The translations under genes and the position numbers were made by a program. DNA of 49,786 bases from Eledone cirrhosa (taxonomy: Eukaryota), in assembly GCA_964016885.1 (NCBI GenBank), contig CAXHJY010001479.1:1-49786 (forward strand), written 5' to 3'. Below the pieces are notes generated by a model. That model worked only from the letters and a program-made list of their open reading frames with translations. It did no database searches and was not told where the DNA came from. This document shows positions 1-13,800 of this stretch, one piece after another (the first letter of the stretch is position 1; every line of letters starts with the position of its first letter).

Positions 1-619
1 CTTTCACCTATGCTACGAGCTGTCTCACCTATGTATGTTGTTGTCGTGTTTCTGCAAGTACCCTCTGTACATCTTATGCTATAGACTACGTTTCTAGTTT
101 TACAGTTTATCCGGGGGTTCACCTTACATATGATACATTTCCTATTGGTACAGTGGGTTTTCTTAAAAGGGTAGGTTTTGCTGATCAGGGATTTTATGGT
201 GGTTCCTGGCTTTTCTACCACCTTTATTTTTAATGGATGCTTTCCATCGTGCTACGTTCTAAATCAAACTTGTTAGTGCTCTCTAGTGGGGGTGTTCTTA
301 TAACTATATTGATATCGTCTACATAACGAGAGTACATGATGAGGTCTATGGAGCTTTCATTAAGGAGATCTTTAAGTCTCCTTTCCCACCATACCATGAA
401 AAGGTTGGCAACATCGCCAGCTATGCTGACGCCGATGGCTGCTCCCTCATTTTGGGTGTAGATTTTCTCATTGAACTTAAATATGTGGCCCTTTAGGGTA
501 GTTTTGATACTAGCCCCTATTGCATGTGCGACCATTTTTCTTACCTGATCAGTGTTTTGGGGGGTCCGTATAGCTTTGGTCCACCCAATCCACCTTCCTA
601 TGGGAGTCTTTTTAGCCAT

Positions 620-2278
620 CTGTACCCATCCATTAACATTGATTTTGCTGTGAAAAGATGTGTGGAGATGATCATTGAGAGTGAGGTGGAGTTCTGCGAC
701 GTCGACACAGACGAACTGGGCCTCCTACTTAGACTTACCTACGACACTGACTACCTAGACAGCCATGACCTTAGATGTTTCTGCCCTAGTAGACCTATAA
801 GAGGTAGACCCCCCACCATAACCTCAATGGCTAAAAAGACTCCCATAGGAAGGTGGATTGGGTGGACCAAAGCTATACGGACCCCCCAAAACACTGATCA
901 GGTAAGAAAAATGGTCGCACATGCAATAGGGGCTAGTATCAAAACTACCCTAAAGGGCCACATATTTAAGTTCAATGAGAAAATCTACACCCAAAATGAG
1001 GGAGCAGCCATCGGCGTCAGCATAGCTGGCGATGTTGCCAACCTTTTCATGGTATGGTGGGAAAGGAGACTTAAAGATCTCCTTAATGAAAGCTCCATAG
1101 ACCTCATCATGTACTCTCGTTATGTAGACGATATCAATATAGTTATAAGAACACCCCCACTAGAGAGCACTAACAAGTTTGATTTAGAACGTAGCACGAT
1201 GGAAAGCATCCAGCAGATAGCTAATTCCATACACCAGAGTATAACTGTAACTATAGACTTCCCTTCCAAACACCCTAACAATAGACTACCTGTATTAGAC
1301 ACAGAACTCTGGATTAACACTATAGACGAGAGAGCCCAAATTCTCCACTCACACTATGCTAAACCCATGGCCTCCAAATACCTGATACTCAAAAACTCAG
1401 CAATGTCCAGTAGTGCTAAGTTTAATATTCTGATCGCAGATTTGGTACGAGTGATGAAGAATGTGTCCCGCATGTGCGACCCAACAGAAATGGAAGGACA
1501 CATCCAACACTTCATCAACCGCATGCAGTTCTCTGGCTACAACCAAAGAGACAGAGTCAGAGTATACGAAGGAGCCATGGAAAAGTATAAGACCCTCATA
1601 GAACTGGACATGAAAGGAATTTGCCCACTATACAGGAGCAAATCATGGAATAGCTTAGATAGGGCTAGACATAAGATAGGGAAGGCCACATCATGGTACG
1701 ACAACCAGAGATATCAGAGTGTCATGTTTGTGGACGCCACCCCTGGAGGGAAATTAGCTAACCAGTGTAGAAAGGCCCTGAGAAAGACCCACTTAAAAAT
1801 AAAGGTGGTAGAAAAGCCAGGAACCACCATAAAATCCCTGATCAGCAAAACCTACCCTTTTAAGAAAACCCACTGTACCAATAGGAAATGTATCATATGT
1901 AAGGTGAACCCCCGGATAAACTGTAAAACTAGAAACGTAGTCTATAGCATAAGATGTACAGAGGGTACTTGCAGAAACACGACAACAACATACATAGGTG
2001 AGACAGCTCGTAGCATAGGTGAAAGGATAGACCAACACTGGGGGGAACTAAAAGGACGAAAAAACGGGTCAGTACTATACGAACATGCTAGACAACATCA
2101 TGACGGTAACATAGACAACATAGAAATTAGAATAATATCTAAACATAGGAATGACCCAGCAGATAGGCAAATCAGAGAGGCCAGTGAAATAGAAATTAGA
2201 AGACCAAAGCTAAACAGAAAGAATGAGTGGAACAACAACAACACCCAAACAAACAACACTGACCTAAGAGAAGTATAA
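620..2278 (+). CDS. Penelope-like element ORF (RT + Cys-rich linker + GIY-YIG endonuclease), 5'-truncated; Neptune-like
   Basis: Translation shows RT motifs LYPSI (from 620), QNEGAAIGVSIAGDVANLFM and RYVDD (YVDD at 1121-1132). A CxxxxCxxC...C linker follows, then the GIY-YIG signature VVYSIRC...YIGETARSIGERIDQH and a stop at 2278. Bases 524-619 of the predicted ORF are antisense filler from an inversion, not native N-terminus. Clade label is from recalled motifs. Confidence 0.93.
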   Translation: MYPSINIDFAVKRCVEMIIESEVEFCDVDTDELGLLLRLTYDTDYLDSHDLRCFCPSRPIRGRPPTITSMAKKTPIGRWIGWTKAIRTPQNTDQVRKMVAHAIGASIKTTLKGHIFKFNEKIYTQNEGAAIGVSIAGDVANLFMVWWERRLKDLLNESSIDLIMYSRYVDDINIVIRTPPLESTNKFDLERSTMESIQQIANSIHQSITVTIDFPSKHPNNRLPVLDTELWINTIDERAQILHSHYAKPMASKYLILKNSAMSSSAKFNILIADLVRVMKNVSRMCDPTEMEGHIQHFINRMQFSGYNQRDRVRVYEGAMEKYKTLIELDMKGICPLYRSKSWNSLDRARHKIGKATSWYDNQRYQSVMFVDATPGGKLANQCRKALRKTHLKIKVVEKPGTTIKSLISKTYPFKKTHCTNRKCIICKVNPRINCKTRNVVYSIRCTEGTCRNTTTTYIGETARSIGERIDQHWGELKGRKNGSVLYEHARQHHDGNIDNIEIRIISKHRNDPADRQIREASEIEIRRPKLNRKNEWNNNNTQTNNTDLREV

Positions 2279-2545
2279 ATAAATAAGTAAATTAAATTAA
2301 ATAAAATAAGATAAATAAATACATACACAAGCACATAAACACACACTAGTCACCCAGCAGACACAACACTATACACACTAGTCACACATCACACATAACA
2401 CTATACACACACGCAAACGCATGCGCAAAGAAGACAAAATAAAATAAGATAAACAAACAAGCAAATAAATAAATAAATATATAGACAGACTGAACAAAAA
2501 AAATGGCGTAGACATACAACACAACAGGAGGAACAATGAATATAA

Positions 2546-2654
2546 CACCACTGACGATGTTGCAGATGTGCAACGAAAGATTTATGTAAACTATATATAT
2601 ATGTGTTTGTCTATATTGTATCTGTATTATTTTTGACCGCCGGTCAGTCAATGG
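2546..2654 (+). ncRNA. Hammerhead-like motif in PLE 3' region (core and stem II clear; stems I/III uncertain)
   Basis: CTGACGA (2551-2557)-T-GTTGCA-gatg-TGCAAC-GAAA (2575-2578). The best stem III/I match (GATT/AGTC 2646-2649; CCA/TGG 2652-2654) lacks the canonical UH. Confidence 0.5.
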
Positions 2655-2853
2655 CAACATTGAGGACCGAGTAAGTTAGATCGCAGATATATATATATAA
2701 AAGACAGCGAGAAGCGAAAACCAACCAAACAGTGAGTGTGTTCTGTTATTAATTCTGGCAATATTACGCAAATATGACCCTCCCCAAATATAACAATATC
2801 TGTTTCGACACACGATTTCATATAAAAAACCTCGCAAAACTAATTCATCGCCG

Positions 2854-4061
<1,208 letters not shown>

Positions 4062-4507
4062 GAAAGACGTAAAATAAGAAAATTATAAAAATCAACTTAC
4101 TTACTAAAACTTCACTCCAACTAATTAGTTTCTGAAAGCGAATAAACATGGTATCCGAATGGAACGCATAGAGAAAACCTTTCGTCAATCGGAAGTCTAT
4201 TCTCAGCTAAGTTCCCAGTCGCTGCGTGGACACAGGGAACTTATACAAAAATAATTCAGTGGATGGAAAAAGCAAGCGTGGACTAAATTCCAAGACATTG
4301 AAAAAATCACTGCCTACTTGGTCGGTGGCAAATTCAAAAGAATCAGTCTCTGCCAAAACTGGAATTGAAGCATCAGCACAGTTCAGGTATGTCAGACATC
4401 AATTTATTTTATCTGAGGACGTACTGATGAAACAGCTGAGTACCTCTGAAATATATATAATAATATATATTTGTTCACATGAATTTCTATATTTATTAAT
4501 ATTTTGA

Positions 4508-4535
<28 letters not shown>

Positions 4536-4538
<3 letters not shown>

Positions 4539-4720
4539 GGAGTAAGTAAGACCCCGACGGCTGAGCTCAAGCCGTTTCGACGGCTAATTCTGTACTCAGC
4601 CGCTAATTCTTGAGCTCAGCCTTCGGGGTCTTACTTACTCCTATTACCCACTCTACTACCCTAAGTATCGAGTACTTTGGTGCGTTATGGTCCACCTGGT
4701 TCCTTACCACTTTTCATTTG

Positions 4721-4721
<1 letters not shown>
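4536..4721 (+). mobile_element. Short fold-back remnant of the same family as 44607-45842 (pLTR-like tail with 3' half of an HHR)
   Basis: 36-bp inverted repeat at 4536-4571/4609-4644 with 1 mismatch. 4609-4721 matches the reverse complement of ~44610-44720. TA tracts flank both sides. Confidence 0.85.
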
Positions 4722-4754
<33 letters not shown>

Positions 4755-4760
<6 letters not shown>

Positions 4761-4890
4761 TTCTACAGGACTAGAACTGTTTCATTATTTTAGTCCTGTA
4801 GAATCTCATCTATATTAAAACTTTTATACTCTGCAATGTATTGAGTACCTTACTTACTGTGGTTATCTCCGATTCAACCCGGAATAACGT
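4755..4890 (+). mobile_element. Short fold-back element between TA tracts (probable pLTR tail remnant)
   Basis: Perfect 19-bp inverted repeat ATGAGATTCTACAGGACTA (4755-4773)/TAGTCCTGTAGAATCTCAT (4791-4809). The loop reads GAAACAGTTC on the minus strand, like an HHR 3' half. Confidence 0.55.
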
Positions 4891-5048
4891 ATATATATAT
4901 ATACATGGGTGTGTGTGTTTGTATCTATATGGGAAACATTTTTGAATATTCCTGGTATAAGCTCATAAATTTCAATCCCTCACTTTGTCAACCAGATCTG
5001 ACAACATTCTTTGTTCCTCGATCATTGAGTAATGCAACAAAACATATG

Positions 5049-5117
<69 letters not shown>

Positions 5118-5818
5118 GTGTGTGTGTGCGTGTGTGTATGTGTGTGTGTGTTTGACTGTATACATATGTATGTATATATATATCTTCTTTGTATTTATTC
5201 GCTTGCGATTTCCGCCTATTTAGATATTTAACTCAAGAATTCTCGAGACTATAATGCACTGTTTCTTACGTATTTATAATGATCTATGATTATGCCTACA
5301 GACAACATGTAAGAATATATGAATGTATGAATGCATGCAAGCTAATATTTCTTTTTTCTTTTTACTTATTTATACATTCATAAATCATTATGTTTACAGA
5401 TTTGTACCCGTACTGGCTTGGAAATAATCTAGATTTTAGATAAATTATGTTTTATGAACATTCGTTAGTGATGCTGATGTGCATACATTAAATAGAGAAT
5501 AGAAATGCTTGTTTGCATATAGTGTGAACTTGGGTAGTTATATTTAATTGGTGGTAGATAATAAGACACCGTTTAAGCTTAAAAGAAGTGGATATGAAAA
5601 TATAAATATATATTGTACACAACAATCCCATGGCATGCATCGCTATCATTGAAAAATATTTTTTCGTAACGAAAAACATTGTTTTGCCCTATTTTGCTCC
5701 GTGAGTTCATCACAGTGTTGCCATGTCGGTTGAGAAAATTAGACAGCCCAGTTTGCAGTTTTGGTAATCTTATTTCAGTGACACTCACTGATCATATATC
5801 GGAATGGAAGATATTTAG

Positions 5819-5920
<102 letters not shown>

Positions 5921-5929
5921 CGTCTTTTC

Positions 5930-6877
5930 CTAGTGTGTTGAGGTCAAATATAAAGAATAGGGAGGGCCATCTTCCAGTTCAAAACCACAGTCATTCACAG
6001 CAGCCATTTAACCCAAACATATGTATGATGCATCATTGTCCTGTTAAAACATGAAACCTTTCGTCAGTTAACCTGGGCACTTGGTCTTCATAGCTTTTTG
6101 TAACTGCCTCAGCAATTTGGTATAAACATAATGCTTTTTGCATCCCTGCAAAATAAAGCCATGACATTCCCTGCAGCTGCGACGACCTTGGCCTTCTTTG
6201 GAGCAGATGAGGGGGATTTTTCCACTGTATTGATTTTCTTTTGTCTCTGGCTCAAAGTGAAGAACGCAACACTCATCCTGGGCTAGGAAACATTCAAGGA
6301 AATCAACTGGATCTGCCTCAAACTATGTCAGATTTTTCCCGCGATGTGATCATTTTGGTGCGTTTATAATCAGGTGTCAGAAGCCGTGGCTCTTACCGAG
6401 CAGAAACGTTCGTCATACCAAGTTCATTGTGCAGAATATTCTCAACTCTCTCATTGGATATTCTGATACCATTGGCCATTTGATTTATAGTCAATTGCCT
6501 GTCATCCATCACTATGTGGTGAACATGATCAATGTTTCTTCGGTTGTGGTCATTGCAGGATGTCCCTTCATAAATTCAGCTGCCCACTTTTGTACTGTTA
6601 TTCAAGCTAGAGCGTAATCTCCTTATGTAGCAACCATGTGAGCATGAATATCATTGGGAGCTAATCCCTTTTGCTGCGGGTAATTGATAACGCCACGATG
6701 CCATACTTTGCCCATTTTCAAGAAATCGCCCCTATTTACATTTGAAGTCTTCTTTGAACAGTCAGATGTCAGTTTAGCTGTAGTTATTAGTAAAAGTTGA
6801 AATTAATACATGCAAGTTCTCATCCTTAGCACCATTCCTTCACAGTCAGTCCATGAACATTGCAGCTCATCATCGTA
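5930..6877 (-). pseudogene. Decayed Tc1/mariner (mariner-type) transposon with broken transposase
   Basis: The minus strand from the ATG at 6715 reads MGKVWHRGVINY..KGLAPNDIHAHMV, then AR*EPRLLTPD (WVPRLL-like), AQDECCVLHFEPETK (TGDE-like), APKKAKVV, QDN (HDNA-like) and PPYS (HPPYSPDL-like), with stops and frameshifts. A TACGA..GCTG.AA.GTTC TIR-like end sits at ~6855-6877. It is cut by the CA/TA tract at ~5820-5920. Confidence 0.85.
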
Positions 6878-7079
6878 ATTTGCGCATTAATTTACCAATA
6901 AACGCTCGGCCGTGCTTGTGTCTTCTTGTGCAATGTGTACATACATGTATACTTTAGTCATGTATTTACACATGATTTTTGTTTATTTCGTGCAATATAG
7001 AAACAGAACTTATGGAAACTTTATCCACTATACGAATACTCAATGGATTAATATACATAGTGATCCTGGACATGTGTAA

Positions 7080-7250
7080 ATAGGAGTAAGCATGGATTTA
7101 CCTTTGAGTTCTTTTTGCAAACAGTGGTTTTGGCTTCAATCATACTCGTGGTTCGCCTGGGCAAGTATTCTCTACTCTAGGCACGGGTTGACCAATGATT
7201 ACTGAATTAAAAATTGACGGATGAAATCGTTACAGAAATCTGTCGCATGT
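7080..7250 (+). mobile_element. Diverged tRNA-derived SINE
   Basis: Degenerate B-box-like GGCTTCAATCAT followed by a TGGGCAAGT..TCT.CT.TAG body similar to 23630-23775. Confidence 0.45.
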
Positions 7251-9274
7251 ATTTATATATATATATATATCGATGTCTGTGTCTACTTGTACACCATTAA
7301 ACAACTGGTGAGTTGTTTTAGTGAGATGTAATCTAGCATTTCGATAGAAGCTATTTTGGATACGAGACAGCGTGTTCGCGTCCAATGAAAAATCCGTAAA
7401 AACATAAAGGGAAATTATATATATACATATAGGACAGCTTCTGTACTTTCCAGCTCCAGAATTCCGCTCACAAATCATTGATCAACACAACACTATAGGA
7501 AAATGCACTTTCCCAAACTGCTCCGCAGCCCGACAACCTAGTACCACATAGTCTGTAAGGTGAACTCCTTAACAACACAGGTATGCCTGCAATACATATA
7601 TTTTGAAATGAGGGCTCTCCTAGGCATGTGGTACTTGCAATAACTTCAATTCAGCTTAGACACTGTGACTGTCTTTAGGTAGACTGTACCATTTAAGTAG
7701 AGAGTGTCACAATGATTGCGAACAATCATAAGGGTATCCGTGTCTGAGGAACATCTATCCGTTTTGTAGGCTAATTCAATGAGTAAAGCTTTCAGCCGGT
7801 CATGCAACTAGACACGAATAAGTGGTAGATCATGTGTGTGTGTATATATATATACGTGTGTGTGTTAGCAGGTAAAATACCAGAATAACAAGACTCAATA
7901 TGTAGCCTTAATAAAATGTATATTTAAATTCTATGGTATTATTTATTCCTTTCTTCCATCCGTAAAGTATATATAAATATATATATATGTATGTGTATGT
8001 ATGTGTGTGTGTATGTATATGTAGGTATATATATATATATACATATATATATATGTATATATATACACGGAGGGAGAAAGAGAGACGAGCCAATTGTTAG
8101 ATCGGATTAAGGGTCTAGGTTCCCAGTGCAATACTAAGGGTGACATCAATTCGTTTCCGATGACTAATGCATTAACGATAATGCAACAAAACTCTACATA
8201 AATTTATATCCTTTTGTGGGTGAGAAATTAATGTTGAAAGCTCAACAAAGGAAATCCGTCACCTAGACGTTACAGTTTGATATAATGTCAGTATCCGCAT
8301 TCTTGAGATTTATTGCTATAACGATATATTGCTATAGGGACACAATTTTACTATAGTATTGATAAAACTGTATTTTTGGTAAGGTAGCATAGACATATTT
8401 CATGAAAGAAAGAGCCCAAAATAACAAAGACTTGCGGAAACGTGTAAGAAGCGAGACACACAGTGTACATTGAAGTGTGCATAGCTAGATCCAATTTGTT
8501 ATACGCGAGTGGTATTCTATTTAGAAAGGAGAAATTTAAAAAGATATTAAATTTAGAGTTCACACATGCGTAGGCTAATCTATTTTCCTACGTCTATCAG
8601 TTAAGAACATTCTCAAGGGTTTTAATTGTAGCAGCCCCAGTTCTGCCATGAAAAGCAACGTGAAATGAAGTGGCTGGCTGAAGAACAAAGCGCACCACCC
8701 TCACTAGTATTCGAACTTAAGATCTAATAATAATGTATCCAACAACTAACAACTTGGTCGTGTGTCTTAGAAAAAGATTAGGCGATTCATTTCTTGGATA
8801 AAGGAGCAGAAAATGCTTCTGCTATATCCAGAAGGAGGCGTATATATCATTATACGTATCTCTCGTGTCTTTAGACTATCCAATAGCTCAACGCTTTCAT
8901 TGGGACAATCTTCTTAGTGTAGCATAGGTGCAGTGCTTCAAGTTGAGCAGTTAATTTCAGACTGTGGAGGGACCATAGCTAAAGGCTACAGTCCTGGCGC
9001 TTGAGGACATGTTTTCCATATATAACAACATATATTCCAGGTATCTTGTTGATAATGACTTTAGAATCCAGCCAGAGAGGCGTCCGAACATTTTCACCAT
9101 ATTGGTGGTATATGCATAAAACGGTGCATCATTGTTCGTATCAATTCCCATGTCAAACACTGATTTGTGACTTATGTATGATTTGTGTATTATATATACT
9201 CGCACGCATATGCATACACACATCATTGTGGTAAAACTATCTAAATGCCAAGTTAATCACCATTATCATAATCA

Positions 9275-9457
9275 AGGGCGGTGAATTTGCAGTATTGGTA
9301 GAGTGTCAGACATGCTTTCCAGCGTAGTTACGTCCCTTTACAATCTGAGTTCAAATCCCGCCGAGGTTAACTTTGCCTTTCATCCTTACGGGGTCGATAA
9401 AATAAAGTACCAGTAATACACTGGGTAATTGCTGGCCTTGTGCCAAAAATAGAAACA
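9275..9457 (+). mobile_element. tRNA-derived SINE (Nin/Deu-domain-like core) with 13-bp TSD
   Basis: B box GAGTTCAAATCCC and core TTTCATCCTTACGGGGTCGATAAAATAAAGTACCAG. TSD ATTATCATAATCA at 9262-9274 and 9458-9470. Close relatives lie at 25983-26160 and 29166-29341. Confidence 0.85.
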
Positions 9458-10685
9458 ATTATCATAATCATTTCTCCTTAAATCCAATGTTCCAAAGATG
9501 GTCGTTTATGTTTATGCTTTTCGATTAATCTGAATGGACTTCTTCATTTGATTTTACTTCGTTTTATTGTTTCCCGAAATATGATATGTTAAGTTGAAAT
9601 CTGTAGTTTTTGTCTACATTTAAACATTCAGAACCATTGTAATAGTGCATTACGTGCGATATTTTGCTTACAACGCTGGAAACCAGGCGTATATGATAAT
9701 AACAAAGAGGTTTATGTGTAGGCCTTATGAAAGTGAAATTTGACATGGTATTTTTAGTGATACTACAACTTTTTTCTAAATTTAATAAATTTATTAAATA
9801 TAAAGACCTTTATCCGCCCTTGAAATATATTTTTTGTTTCATATAATGTCTTCATCCGCAACCTATATTTCGCTTCACCAATCACTATACCAACTTGCTA
9901 TGAATTGGTCCCTAATTTCAGGAGTCATCAATTTGTAGATAAGAAAAAGTCGATTACCTCGATCTCAGTACTTGACTGGTAATTGATTCCATCAACTCTG
10001 GAATGATGAAAGTTAAATTCACTACAACAGGATGTGAAATCCAGAGCAAATAGATTAGGAATAAATATGGTAAAAAAATTTGTTCGACTCCTAACAGTTC
10101 TGTAATCATCCATCTTCAATACCTCTTACGTTACGTTGATCTGTTTAAACAACAGACGCTGACACTGTACTGGAGTGAATGTGCATTGCTCGGTATGTCT
10201 CTTCAAATATGAAGATAAGCTAATTCAGATTTAAATGGGGAGAAACGTGTAATGAAAAAAAAAAAAAAAAATACGGGAAAAGCTGAAAATGTTTCTTGAT
10301 ATTGTTTATTCTGGATAAATACAAAACCGAGAGGAACTCTTCGTGTTCCGTTTATTCGACTTGGTAGAGATAGAAGCCAAACCTCAAATCTAACAAAACA
10401 CGAATAACATTAAAGTAGTCCTAAATATTTGTGCATGAAAAATAACAGTAATATCATGACTGGAAAGCCCATAATGATAAGCCTGCACGATGATTACAGT
10501 CTTAGATCTTACAGAAATTTGGATATGAAAGGCTACTCGATTTAAATTAACCCAATACTTGATAAATCACCGACATCCTAAAAAATAGTGACATGATAAA
10601 GCTTTGACCTCTAACTTGAAAACTCTTATGTGTATTGTAGATCGGTTAAAGCTACGTATGTGTGAACAACAACATGAACAGCAAT

Positions 10686-10826
10686 ATTTAATTGGTACTT
10701 TATTTTAGTGACACCTGGAGGATGAAAGGCAAATGTAAACTTGGCGGGATATGAATTTAGACCGTAGAGCGGTGTAAATGAATACAAGATATTCTATTCT
10801 ACGCTCTTCCGATTCTGCCAATGCAC
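10686..10826 (-). mobile_element. Diverged copy of the same SINE family
   Basis: TGGTACTTTATTTTAGTGAC...GGATGAAAGGCAAA...GGCGGGATATGAATT is the reverse complement of the 9275-9457 core and B box. Confidence 0.7.
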
Positions 10827-13800
10827 CAGGACAAAAGTTTGGAATATATAATTGTTTTAGAAAAATCTCTTGTGGGAGAATGTGTTATTGAATTTGCAGT
10901 CAGCTATAACCTTGAGGCAGCATTTGTCTGCAATTCTACACGTGGGAGAGGCAGAACAGGTGAAGTTGGCGCGGGGAGGGCGTGACAATATTTCATTAGT
11001 TGGTTCCTGTTGTTACCGTTGGACACTGCATACAACAATACATTAATAAATACATTATAATGCAACGATTTAATTTCATTTAACATTATTTACACATACA
11101 GTAAAAACAATATTTCGAAGTAGAAATGTCAATTTTGTTTTAGAGTTATGTAGAGAATTATATAAGTTCTGAAATTCTTCGTTAAAATGTGATGTAATAG
11201 GGAAAATGTAATGATGTAATTAAAATATTTGGCAAATCTAGAGGGATGTTGTTAACACATAATTGTCACTAAAAGTGTTTACTTTTCTGCTCTTTATTGA
11301 AATGTACTTGAAAGGTAAATAAAGGAATTAAATGGTTTGATACTGGTGGGGTTGTTAATGTTGAGGGTGATAGCGAAGGTAGTGTTAATAACAATGGTGG
11401 TAGTGAGGTTGATGGTGGTAGTGGTGATGATTAGTGTGTTACTCTTTTTCTCATTGTTAATGTTGACGTCCAAGTAAACTATGATGTAGCCTCGACCTTC
11501 ATCATATATATATTTCATTTCCATGTACAGTGCATCTAGAATTACATTGTACAATTTATTAACCTTTTTTTTAAAATAGTGCTAAGTAATATGAATAGGG
11601 GTGGGAGAGATTTGGTGTTATATTTTGGAAATCTCCTTTATTTGATTGAGATGGTGTTGTTGCTTAGCCCCTCTCATCAGATCTCCAATGATCGAGCATA
11701 CATACGATCAAATCGTTCTAGTCATGGCCAGCTCAACATTTTGCATGATTATGTGTATATTGTCCGATGAATGCTTGCATATTTTAAGGCAGTGGGTGTG
11801 ATTTTGAGAGATATTTGGGTGATGTTTCTGGTATGCCAAATTACCATATAGAGCTTTTAAACAGCTTTTAGTGGACAGAGGAAATGGTAATTGCCTAAGT
11901 ACCTTTAAAAGGCGCATCTGTATTGGGAATAATAATGAATATCTAATTTTATGAATTCATAAATAGATAAAACTACTGCAACTATTTCTCGCCCTCGAGC
12001 GTATTTTTGTAGTAGGACCAAGCTTGTCCTTAGGGTTTTAGAAGCTCACGAGTTGCGAGTGGGCACAAACACCCCACAAGTCTCTCTCATGAATCACCCT
12101 CACATTATTCAGTAGAAGATTCAAGATATGGCATCTAGAAGGAGAGACGAATGCGCCAGCAGTGTGCTTGTATATTTCTTATCAGCCCCGAAAAAAATGA
12201 AAGTGAAATTCGACTTCCGTGAAATTTGAAGACAGCGTGCAAAGCCGAAAAATATATTGAACGCTATAATTACACTGCTGGTGCGAGAGATTAAATAATT
12301 CTTTTTACATTTTTCTTTCATAAGTGGACTATATTGTCGCCGTCAGTTAATTGTTCAATTGTCAACGTGGGCGAAATTGCACCCACAGGTGTGTGGTCCC
12401 CAGACGTGAGAAAGAGAATTCCGAATATGTCTATGATTACCTCATATGTGATCGCATTTCTAAAGAATACACCCTATCTAAATTAAGACTTTTGAAGGCC
12501 GTACTAAAATTATTTCATTAGTAAGATATTGCCTTAGCGTATGATTCTTATATAAAATTATAATTCAGTGTTGAAAAATTAGCTTCAGATTTATTCCGAG
12601 CATATACTGGTATAACAAATTTAAATATACATATGTACTCTCTCTCTCTCTCCCCTCATTCTTGTGTAAGTCTTTCTCATATTTTCTTACACTCACATTT
12701 TTTTATTCTCTCTCACAATATATCCCCCGCAAACACACACACAAGAGCACCCACCCACAAGCTGTACTACAACACACGAACACACACGCACGCACGCATA
12801 TATGCACGTTTTATAATAGTGCACACGCCCATGTTCGCTGTACAATAATGCGCTCGCACACGCACACACATCCAGATCTTACACGACAACAGCAGACGAC
12901 TCAACGCACACACATACACACAGAGAGACATGCATGCATTCATATGCGCATGCACACATACACACAGCGACACATTGAGAAAGCCACATATACTGCAGAA
13001 TAGGCATATGCTATCGATTCGATGCAGTACATATAATGGTACTTATATTATCCTCTACGGGAGATAAATGTCAGTCAATTCCGCCGGGATTTGAACTCAG
13101 ATCGTAAAGTTGCATATAAATGATAGGCATATATTTATGCAAAGTTAAGTGTGTAATACACATAATAGATATGCATGTATAAATAATGGATTTAACTATA
13201 CACGTACATAGCGAATCTATGAGTTGTTTGAAATTGTAAAAAGATTATAGTATACTAACTGAAAAACCACCCTTTGGGTGGTTTTTCTGCTAGCATATGT
13301 AGTGTGTATATTGATATTATACGCAGGTATATATACATGTAGATATGATACATCAAATAAAATCGTAATTGACAATATACACAGAAATTGAACGAAGACG
13401 TTGTTACACTGTCTTATGTAATCAGTAACGTAATCCATGATACATTAAAAAAGACGATATTGTATATAAACTGCATTAGGAGAAAATTAGTGACAGAATT
13501 ATATGAATATTTATTTAAGCGACCGCTAACCGGAAGTGTTGATATTTGAACATTTTAAAGAAGTGAATCTTTAAATAAGTAATAAAATATATTTAATGAA
13601 CAGCCACGAAATTTAGTTGATAAATTATGTAATATTCATTCATTATTTATTCAAAGTAATCCAACTTATTTTACTAATGGGATAAAAGAAAGTATATACC
13701 GTACGCAGTCCCGCGCTCCTTACTTTATTATAGTTTAGATGTCCAAAGAAATCAACGGATTCGACAATGAGTATTTCAGTTGTTCAATGAAATGATTTCC

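Larger units (their letters stand above)
1..2854 (+). mobile_element. Penelope-like retroelement copy 1 with 5' inverted segments and a 3' pLTR-like region ending at a (TA)n tract
   Basis: 1-233 is the reverse complement of 1793-2025, and 234-619 is the reverse complement of 827-1212. The forward body starts at 620. The 3' non-coding region has an HHR-like core (2551-2578) and runs to the TA tract at 2855. The left end lies outside the window. Confidence 0.85.

Noticed and set aside
230-619. Separate 129-aa RT gene on the minus strand
   Set aside because: It is an inverted duplicate of 827-1212 of the PLE ORF.
4413-4445. CTGAGGA/CTGATGAAACAGCTG motif
   Set aside because: Stem II is marginal, there is no UH after CAGCTG, and there is no stem I.
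13520-13540. ETS-like CCGGAAGT (and E-boxes near 10939-10965) as promoter elements
   Set aside because: These are short motifs expected by chance, with no associated gene.
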